This document shows positions 54,241 through 64,000 of a DNA stretch of 64,000 bases, piece after piece. The stretch spans positions 340,876,001 through 340,940,000 of the forward strand of contig OZ024740.1 of assembly GCA_964016885.1 (NCBI GenBank). Direction: 5' to 3'. A program made the position numbers and the translations under genes. The DNA is from Eledone cirrhosa. Taxonomy: Eukaryota. A model generated the notes under the pieces. It searched no databases. It saw only the letters and a list, made by a program, of their open reading frames with translations, and was not told the origin of the DNA. Positions within the stretch are counted from its first letter, which is position 1. Each line of letters begins with the position of its first letter.

Positions 54241-54635
54241 TATCTGTAATATTGTAAAAACTGCATCTCAAAACATACTTCAGCCCTAAACAGCTGCTGA
54301 CTCTCTACAAGCTACAAGTGTGTTGTTCTAGATTGAAGTTTCTGAGCCAACAAGGAAGTGTTTATGTGGTCGATTGACCTGCTAGAAATAACAGTCAAAT
54401 CAGCTTCAAATCCCACCATATATCATTTAACCATTTTGATATCATTTAGATTCTGATTTAGCAATACAGAGCCATTTATTTTAAAATTGTCCATATTTAT
54501 CTTCCATCATAATTTTTTATCTGTTAGAACACGAAAAGTGTGAAACAACAGAATGTTCACTTTTCGTGTTCTAACATATATGCGTAGCTTCTTAAAAAAT
54601 TTTTCGGGGATAGCCGTGGTGGTGGTGATCGTATG

Positions 54636-54662
54636 TCATTGGCTAATTTTCAACCAATCAGA
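54636..54662. promoter_or_regulatory. Pair of oppositely oriented CCAAT (NF-Y-like) boxes
   Basis: ATTGGCTA at 54638 and AACCAATCAGA at 54652. Motif match only. Confidence 0.25.
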
Positions 54663-55860
54663 GTACCTCTCTCTATATCTCTTCCACTGTTACTTACGCC
54701 TGTTTCTCTCTATCTGTTCCGTCTCTATATATATCTCTTACTCTTTCGCTTTGCACTCCTCCCCTTCAATACCATCCCTCCCCCTCTCTATATATTTGTT
54801 ACTCTATCGCTGCACGCTCCTCTCCTTCAATATATCAATTACACACGCTTTACACTCCTTTATCCCCAGCGCCCCTATATATACACCCCCCCCCCCCTCT
54901 CCCGCATCTATATTTTAATGTACCGCTGCACCGTGAATATATGTGTCTATATACATATATATTGTATATACACATTCATGTATGTGTATACACACTCATG
55001 TATGTATATACACTGGTTTTATGTGTGTATTGTAAATTTGTACTGTTAAAACACGAAACTAACATTCGATTGACACTTTGATTACCTGTACAGGCAATAG
55101 TTATTAGAATGCTGTTGAAGTGTGTATATATTTTTGGGGGACATCCTGTATATACACACATTATATATAATACAATTATATATATAAATGGTTTCTACAG
55201 GACTAGAACTGTTTCATTCGAAAGAAATCATCATAATATTGAGAGGGGGGACTAGATAAAATATTTCAAATCAAATGTGTATAAGTTATAAGTTAAAATG
55301 TATAAATAGAGACGATAGTGGAGGTATATCTGTTTAGTGGAACAGTAGACGATAGAATTAAATACAGACGATAATCTCCCTTTAATGAAACAGCAGACGA
55401 TAGAATTAAGGCAATTTAAATTTTAAGCATTTGCATTTTTGCCTTTCATCGTTACGGGGTCGATAAAATAAAGTACCAGTAATACACTGTCACTAGACGA
55501 CTTTCAAATTGAATTGTTGGTTCCATTTCTTTAGTATTTTCAATTGTAGTTATCTACTTAAAAAGCGTTACACGGTTAGAGACATAATTCGTAAGTTATA
55601 TCTTCCCTATTAAACCATTGCATTATTTCGCCTACAATAGAACAAAAATGAAATGTTCTTTAAAGAAACAGGAATATAACTTTATAAAAAAAAAAGTTGC
55701 ATCCGCTTCTTTTATCATTGATAATTTTTTCGTTTTAATATTAATTGTTTTTTGTAGTTGTTTATATTAAAAATCTTACTGTAATATTTACTTAAACGAA
55801 GGCAAACATCTAAACTTATAGATTAATCTTGAGCGAAGGACTAGATAAATCTCTCTCCCC

Positions 55861-55893
<33 letters not shown>

Positions 55894-57009
55894 AACGAAG
55901 AATGATAAAATTTCAAGCAAAGAGTTTAATTAGGTATATTTTGTAATATTATTAACTAATTATTATAATTAACGCGCATATTTTGCTATCCTCAAACACG
56001 TTTACACATGGCATGAAATATAACTAATCCGAGATGGCTAGGTTTCATCTTCTAACTGGATATACGAAATCCATTATGTCTTGACAACAACATGAGGTAA
56101 CATTATGTTATTCACAGACACACTTTGTACACTGTTCCATATCAGAATGTATTTCCTTCGTCACATTCACAAACAGTATTGAAAATATGTTCTTCGGCAA
56201 ATAAAAATGTTTTGTTCATAATATTTCAACTAGCGATTGCTCTACTCCACGCACGACCACCATAAATTAATGACCAGCTCAACACAAGTATTGGTAGAGC
56301 GTCAGACACCATGCTTTGCAGTATTGTTATGGTCCTTTGCATTCTAAGTTCAAATCCTGCCGAGGTTAACTTCGACTTTCATACTTACTAATTCGATAAA
56401 ATAAAGTACCAGTAATGGACTGCCGTAATGGATTTGTGCCGAAAAATAGAAACACTATTAATGTGCAATAAGAGCAAAATATAACGACATTGCTCAATTA
56501 TTTTATCTAATGTTGTAATAACACAAGGAAATGTTGTTTGTGTATTTTTTTTTATATTTGCTCATAGGCTTTTACAATTTCGCTCAGCCAACAACTATTA
56601 AAAAGTGAGTTGCTTAAGATAACAATTTAATCACAAATTGTTGCTATCTTTTAATACACTCCAACAAGTCATCAAATTATGTACAATAAAAACAAATCTT
56701 ATTAATTTGCTCAGGGAATATAAAGAAAATGTATATACACTGATAATTGCAATTGTATGTAAATATTTTGTTTTTGTATTGTATATTTTATGTTTTCTAT
56801 TATGTATAATATATTGATTTAATATTGATTGTTTTTTGTAGTTGTTTATATTAAAAGTCTGAAAATATTTTTATACATCTTACACTAATATTTATAAGAT
56901 AATTTATAATAACAATTACATAATCTAATTACATTACAACGATAATTTATTATTAATATATATCCTGTTTAACTAGAGTTATTACAAGCGTTGCCTTAAA
57001 AAAATATTA

Positions 57010-57957
57010 AACTAGACATGAAAAATGCGCAAGCTCAAAAGTGCCACAGAATGTTATAATAAACCTTCAAAAGTGTGGGACTAGAGTTGTTGCTAAAAAA
57101 TATTGTAATCATTATATATCGTACATTCTGTGGCATCCTTTATAAAAATAGCTTAAACCAACGAAGCCTTTATTTTTACGCTATTTCACTTAGTTAATTC
57201 TTAGAGTGTAACATATAAAAATAAATACATCTATGTTTAATGTAATAACAGCTATAAATAATTACGTAATATTATTATCATATACTCATAGTAACAAAAT
57301 AATTGTGTTGAAACTTAATATGATGCTTATATGAACGATCAAATCTATAATGATAATTTCTTAAATATACTAATAGTAAAATAATTTAGTTATCTATTGT
57401 TACATTTTCATAGAACTATAATATTAACAATCGTATTGCATTATCAAATTTTTATCACTACAAACTTTCATATTGGAATTACCTTAAGCCACTTATTATT
57501 ACTTCGCTTTCGTACTTTTACAGCTGTAGATATTGCGCTGTATCTTATATCTAATATCAATATCTCGTGGTAATTTGCATGAGGTTTATTAATAACTTTA
57601 ATATGAAATGTATTATACAGGGCTGCGGAGTCGACCAAAAATTGACTGGCTCCAACTCAGGATCCGATACTCCATTATTTCCTAAATTTCAGCTCCGCAG
57701 CTCTGTTATTATATTAATTAATTTATTTTATAGTTGTAAATGATATTTTTATATGTTACACTCTAAGAATTAACTAAGTGAAATAGCGTAAAAATAAAGG
57801 CTTCGTTGGTTTAAGCTATTTTTATAAAGGATGCCACAGAATGTACGATATATAATGATTACAATATTTTTTAGCAACAACTCTAGTCCCACACTTTTGA
57901 AGGTTTATTATAACATTCTGTGGCACTTTTGAGCTTGCGCATTTTTCATGTCTAGTT
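57010..57957. repeat. 214-bp inverted repeat with a 520-bp spacer
   Basis: 57010-57223 is the reverse complement of 57744-57957. No mismatch seen by eye. Confidence 0.92.
57618..57705. mobile_element. 88-bp hAT MITE
   Basis: TIRs CAGGGCTGCGGAG/CTCCGCAGCTCTG and 8-bp TSD GTATTATA/TTATTATA. Confidence 0.75.
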
Positions 57958-58755
57958 AAGTTATGTTCCAAATTAAGTTATGTTCCAAACAACAGCTTAA
58001 TAATGAGAAAATAAGTTATTACTATATCCTTCCAAATTCTTGATTATTTTCCAAATGATTCAAAAATGATTTACTGTGTCTTTTATTAGATGTATAGTAA
58101 TGAAAGGGTTAAAAAATATAAATACAATGGATATAGATATGTGCCTGAAAAAAAACTGGATGGTTATAATTGGAATTCCCTTGATTTGTTCAATCGAAGC
58201 TATAATTAATACGCTTCTTTCTTCTTGTTATGCCTACTGTGTCTCACAGAAGAGGATGGACTCTTAAAACCAGCCTAGGCCTCTGGGTGACACTAATAAA
58301 TTACTGAGAATCAGAGACATGTGTTTTCACTGCATAACCAAGGCACATTCAATTTTCATTTCCATCTTTGTGCAGCAGCTATGACTTCAGCTATTTGTTA
58401 CTTACAGGGAGATTCACTGTGACATAGTGTGTTGAATTACAGGTACAATTCATTTTTCCCAGCTGAGTGGACTGGAGCAGTGTGAAATAGTTTCTTGCTC
58501 AAGGATACACAATGCTGTCAGGATTTGAATTCACGATCACGAACTGAACTCCCTAACCTCTAAGCTATGTGCCTTTAGAATGACGTGTACAAAACTTTGA
58601 ATCAGCATTTGGCTTTTTTATGCTTAAAATAATTTGTGAAATGGTTTCTTATATCATGTATATATATGATGTATATATCTCTCTCTATATATACATATAT
58701 ATATTGAAATGCGCATAATAAAATACTTGGAAATCTTTTAACCATCTTTTGATCT

Positions 58756-58812
<57 letters not shown>

Positions 58813-59199
58813 AGATCGTTATGCTGTACTGCAGAAGACCCACTTTCCCAAGTGCACAGGATGAAACAAACATAGAGAACACTAGTCTGCACCAATTTTC
58901 TCCTTACCCCTCTCCAATTCACCTTCCCCAGTCATACTACCTCACCCTCACCAGCTAAATAACCTACTCACCTCATCCATGTTCAGCTTGTATATTCCTT
59001 CTCTTCACCTTCCACACTCCTGATACACCTCTCCTGTTCTATCCAACCCATGCATGCAAGCATTGAAAGCTGGATAGGCTCCACATCTGCTTTCCCACAA
59101 TGCTGCTGACATGACAAAAAGCACCTAGTCTCCCCTGTATGGTGATCTGGTGTGACAACAACAAAAGCACCAGTCCACCCTGTATAGAGGTCAGCTCCT

Positions 59200-60265
59200 T
59201 GCTGCTCTGATGTCTTTATACAAATGTTCAAGTATTTGTGTTTGGATAAATAGTGCTAAATCAAACCCGTTGAATATGGAAGTTGAATTCTACCAAGGGT
59301 GCATACTGTCACCTTTCCTGTTCATTATTTTCATGAACAGGATTGACATGCGCAGCCAGGCTGCAAGTGGTATCTCGATTGCCAGGTGTAAAATCAGTCG
59401 GCTGGAATTTGCAAATGACATGGTGTTACTTAACTCAACATAAATTGACCTCTGATTTGTACTTGATAGGGTCGATCCTGAGTGCAGTATGGCTGGAAAA
59501 AAATCAGTGCTGCGAAAACTGAGACACTCGTCCTCTCAAAGAAGCCTGCGCAATGCACTCTACATATGAATGGAATTCCACTGAAGCAGGTGGAGAAGTT
59601 CAAGTATCTCTGGGCCATGTTCACAAGTGATGGAAAGTAGGAGGCTAAATTAAGTGCAAGAATTGCAGGAGCTGGTGTAGTAATGTGCTAACTTCAGCAT
59701 TCAGTAATCAGAAGAAGAGTGGTAGGTGTAAAAGCCAAATCCGATATCTTTAATTCAGTATTCATGCCAACCCTTACCTGTGGTCATGAATCTTGGGTAA
59801 TGACCAAAAGAATATGATCACAAATTCAAGCGGTGAAATGGGATTCCTCCAAAGGGTTTTCAGAGTAACATTACTCAATAGAGTGCGTAGCTCAAAGATC
59901 AGAGAGTCACTCCAGGTAAAGCTACTACTTCTCCGAATTGAGAGATCACAGCTCCGATACTATGAGCATGTGGTTAGAATGTCTCAGGAAAGAATCGCTT
60001 GACAGATTTTACAAGCAAAACCAACTGGCAGGATACCCAGGGGGTAAACGCCGAGCAAGATGGTTGGTCATTACCCAAGATTCATGACCATAGGTAAAGG
60101 TTGGCATGAATACTGAATTGAACATCCATGAGCTTGGCTGGTCTTGCTTGGGGATCCAGCTGGATCAGTTGGAGACTGTTGCTTTGACAGGACCTGCTGG
60201 AAGGAGTGTTTGAGGATTCTGCTTCCACAATCCTCTAAGGAATAAGTGGTTGAAGGAGAAGAAGA
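59200..60265 (+). mobile_element. Degraded RTE (BovB/Expander-like) LINE
   Basis: QGCILSPFLFIIFM, FANDMVL, QVEKFKYL, EMGFLQRV, IERSQLRYYEHVVRM. Confidence 0.88.
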
Positions 60266-60348
60266 AGATATTTACAATAATGAAACACAGAAAGAAAGAA
60301 TAAATGGGACCACAAAAAGTCAGTAGTTTCAACAAAAAATTTACTAAG

Positions 60349-60514
60349 CAGGGCTGGATTAACTCTTTTGAGGCTCTAAACACTTGAAAGATTACAGTGT
60401 ATCACCATATAAAGTCAACAAAAAGGGTTTTTTTTAATGACAAATACAGTTAAAATGGTGCCCTTCTTCTCTTGATGTATGTGCTTACTTGGCTCTATGG
60501 TTAATCTAGCCCTT
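60349..60514. mobile_element. hAT (Tip100-like) MITE
   Basis: TIRs CAGGGCTGGATTAAC/GTTAATCTAGCCCTT. Confidence 0.55.
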
Positions 60515-61682
60515 AACATAAGGCTCTATATTTTGCAAAGAAAATAAGGAAAGTATGATGCATCCAATAATGGAAATAGTAATGTTTTGCTTTTTGAAAA
60601 TTTGCAATGCTGTTGTTTAACACTTTTGATGCCAAATCACCTGAAACTGTCCTAGGTTCTATGATACTACGCTGTTTATTTTGAAGCATTTATATTAAAC
60701 TAAAAACCTTTCACTTCCTGCTTTCCTTTTCCTTATTCTTCCATACTGCCTTTTTCTCCCAGTTTTCTTTCTTTTTCTGTCATCTGGTCATGATCATTGT
60801 CTATGGTGAAGAAGGAGATAAAAGAACAAAGTATGACAGCCAGCTTCTTCATTAGTAATGAGGAGAAGGAAAGTGACAAATATGTATCAAACAAAACAAC
60901 CCAAATATAAATAAGGCTCATTTGAATCTTCCTTGATGATCCAATTCATTAACAGGTTAGAGAATGCTTTATATATTGTACACATATATAGGTGTGTGTG
61001 CATGTATGTGTATGCTGTGGGTAATCTATTGACGGGTGTATATATGTTTATGTGTATGTGTGTATCTGTTGACATGTATGTTGGTCTGTATTTGTCTTGA
61101 GTGTGAAATATAATCGCTTAGCTTATATTTTTTCCTACATCTGCATTGATATATAATGTGAGTGTGTGTACGTGTTTATGTATGCATATGTATATATATA
61201 TATATAATGTGAGTATGTGCATGTTTATGTATGCATATATATATATATATATAATAATAATATACACACCATGACTTGCTACTCTGTAATTTAAGTTTCC
61301 AACATTCTGAACCAACCACATTCACCTCAACTCACCCATTTACATACAGCAAACTGGGGAGTAACTAAACATGACCTATCACTTGTTGACTGGTCTTTTA
61401 CACAAACTTCTAATATCAAAGTGACAGTAGAAGTTTGAGGATATAGTTACAAATACATGTTAAAACTACACCCTAACAAAATTCTAAACAAAAATACAAA
61501 TAAGCTCCCAAGAGTTGTGGGGAAAAATGTTATCAGGAGAATCAAATGATTAAATAAATAAAAATTAATCAACTGAAATATTACCAATATCATCAGCAGT
61601 AGTAGTAGCACTAACTATCAGCAGTAATAACAATATTCAAATAAAAATAAATATCATTTTTAGAACAGCATAGAAGTTAACA

Positions 61683-61918
61683 TAAAATCTTTTGATACCA
61701 AATCACCTGTAACCACCCCTGGTTCTATGATACAAGGCTGTTAGTTTTAAAGAGTTTATATTTTATCTAGAAACCTTCCAATTTCAGATAAGGATTTTTT
61801 TAAAGTTATGCCTCAAACACCAGCTTAAAAATGAGATTCTATAGTCTTGATTATTTTCAAAATAATTTTAAAATCATAGGTAGTGTCTTTCATTAAAAAT
61901 ATGGTAACGAAAGGTTAA
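61683..61918. mobile_element. piggyBac-like (TTAA) MITE; partial copies at 57958-58112, 60617-60710 and 30701-30812
   Basis: Termini like TTAACCCTTT/AAAG(G)GTTAA, and shared internal GTTCTATGATAC and CAGCTTAA(T/A)AATGAG. Confidence 0.5.
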
Positions 61919-62239
61919 CAATCAAAGAACTGCATCATCATCATCATGATCATCGTCGTCATCGTCATCATCATCATCATCATCATTTTCTTAATTGTTT
62001 ATGTCTGCTTTTGTTGGACTACCTTATAGGGCATTGTTTTATATCCTGATATCTTTCCTTATACCAATTCGTTTAGCCACTTCTTATGACATACAGGGAT
62101 ATGGTGCACCTATTGTAAAAGCTAGAATATATGTACTTATATAGATATGAATATACACACATACTTACAAAGATTGATACAGACAGAGTAGCTATTCAGG
62201 AAACGTAGATAGTTACACAATATTTGGTCAATAAAAGAG

Positions 62240-62440
62240 GTAAGGAAGCTTCCAAATCTCTACATAATGGCAGCAGCACATCGAAAGTGACTAGTATTCT
62301 GGAAGGTCATCAACAAGCCATAATGTAGTTATTATCAAGAAAGTGCAAATCTTTGAGAATGGAGAAAGATTATTTGACAGTGTCGGAAATCTGTGATGAG
62401 GTTAGAATAGGGAAAGATTCAGCATATGCAATTACCATGG
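62240..62440 (+). mobile_element. Mariner HTH fragment
   Basis: LTVSEICDEVRIGKDSAYAI. A further N-terminal scrap, KIEHRAVIKF, lies near 15387. Confidence 0.5.
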
Positions 62441-63718
62441 CATTCAAGAACTCGGGATCTTTGTCAGCAGTACCCAGCCAGTCCTATGTAACCCAAGACA
62501 AAGCTTGGACACAAAATGAAAAGGTCCTACCTTCCCATGAGACATTGTTCATTTTCCTGACATTTGTACATTACACTGTTCACTTTCCTGATATTTGTAC
62601 ATTATTCTATGTACTATACATGCATCTTTGATGAGTTGTATGCAGCTGAGAATTGTACACAATAATTTTCATTTTTACAAACTATATTCAAAGTTATCTG
62701 CTGGAAGGATTACCTTGATGGATATCGAAAAGGTACAACAAAAAACAAAATATTTCCACATCTTTAAAAATAAAGAATGATGGTAGAATATTCCAATAAA
62801 AACAGTAATCTGGTGCAAACACAAAATATGCAATATCGTTGTATGGGACAGGGAACAAATCATGACTTGTAGATGTAAACTGTGCAGTGGAGGTGAATAT
62901 CTTGTCTAAAGTTGTGGAAAAAAGAGAACATCTGTAATGAATTATTACAGTACTCTTGTATCTTGGCTAGATATTTTCATTTGAACACAATACTATAAGT
63001 ACACAGGGCTACATAACAGATTTGTGTAAAAGCTTCGAAAATGGTGGGGGTTTTCAAGAAAGAACAAAGCAAACTGACACATCCTACAAATCAAATTGAT
63101 TAATAATCCAGTCCAGCAAAGATTGCAAATATTCTACATTTAAGTTTCCTGGAAAGAACATATGCATACAATCACATGTGTGTAGATGTTATACACACAC
63201 AAACACATACAAGATATTGTAATCACACATACTTGTATAGTAAAGAGAGATGTAAATCCATTGCATGAGTGCAAGTGTATCCACACATAGGCCTACATAT
63301 ATGCACACATTAACTCACATAGACAGGGCTCAATTGTGGATTACACACACACATATATATATTGCCTTTTATTTTGTTTTGTTTCCATTTGTTGTCTTGT
63401 CCTTTGTTAATTTTCTTACGTATATATATATATTTCGCTTTTTCTACCCACCAAAATGCGATTCTCGCTGAATTTATATTTGTATTAATCTCTCGAGTCT
63501 TACAATTAACCTGTTAATAATTCTATTGACAGATTAATTGCATAAGTTTATTTTAAAAACTACCCGGTCGAGAGCTTATTTGATTTGTGCTATTTATGCA
63601 ATTTTTTGCATGGATTTACACATACTGAATTCATTTGCCAAAATCTGGGGTTTTTCCCTTGTGAGTTACACATGTGCTTTTACAAAACACTGTGTCATCC
63701 ACAACACCGGCGCAGACC

Positions 63719-63832
63719 AAAATACCTGTTGATAACGTGATATTCCTCGTTCGATCATTATACCAAAAGCTTATTGTTTTAAGCATACAGTATTATTGAT
63801 TTAGGTGTCGCAGAAACGCTGTACTGGATTTT
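63719..63832 (+). ncRNA. Hammerhead-like motif, U3-A8 core, long stem II
   Basis: AAAAUaCCuG UUGAUAA c GUGAUAUU...GGUGUCGC a GAAA C gcu G UA CuGG AUUUU, inside a ~420-bp unique segment between (TA)n tracts. Confidence 0.4.
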
Positions 63833-63860
63833 ACCATCAATTCCAAGGGTCCAGGTTTGT

Positions 63861-63895
<35 letters not shown>

Positions 63896-64000
63896 GAATA
63901 TGTCATTTATTTTGTCTGACCTGTTTAGCTTGACTTGTTTTTTGGCTTAGGTGGTTAATGGCTTCTTGACCACCTTCTCAGTTTGTATGGCCTTTATAAG

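Noticed and set aside
55195-55240. Further HHR-like scraps (also ~1815, 39015, 41370, 49252 and 10700)
   Set aside because: Each lacks an essential core nucleotide or stem, so I cannot separate them from chance by eye.
55735-56890. ~40-bp direct repeats about 1.1 kb apart as LTRs
   Set aside because: Too short and AT-rich, with no TG..CA termini, PBS or TSD.

Overview
AT-rich, microsatellite- and repeat-dense animal genomic DNA, most likely an octopus or related coleoid cephalopod (inferred from the SINE/LINE repertoire and the G-alpha sequence). The only host gene is the 5' end of a G-alpha-o gene on the minus strand: coding exon 1 at 50148-50265 (118 nt), exon 2 at 49728-49770 (43 nt) and a 377-nt intron 1. 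Intron 2 appears to run off the left edge (>49.7 kb; I found no exon 3). Candidate 5'-UTR and promoter elements lie at about 50.3-54.7 kb. The rest is transposon debris: RTE, Tx1/L1, CRE and Penelope-like retroelements, at least three tRNA-derived SINE families, Helitrons, mariner remnants, and hAT, pogo and piggyBac-like MITEs. The most notable signal is a set of hammerhead-ribozyme (HHR) motifs. The best is a Schistosoma-like type I HHR with a compensatory U3-A8 core, inside a 323-bp partially tandem, highly structured unit that resembles a non-LTR retrozyme, in the sense orientation of the G-alpha-o pre-mRNA (17583-17985). Several minimal or degenerate Penelope-type HHRs cluster at 40.9-44.1 kb. 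There are also several fold-back inverted repeats (54 bp, 34 bp and 214 bp arms). All structures were read by eye and need computational confirmation.
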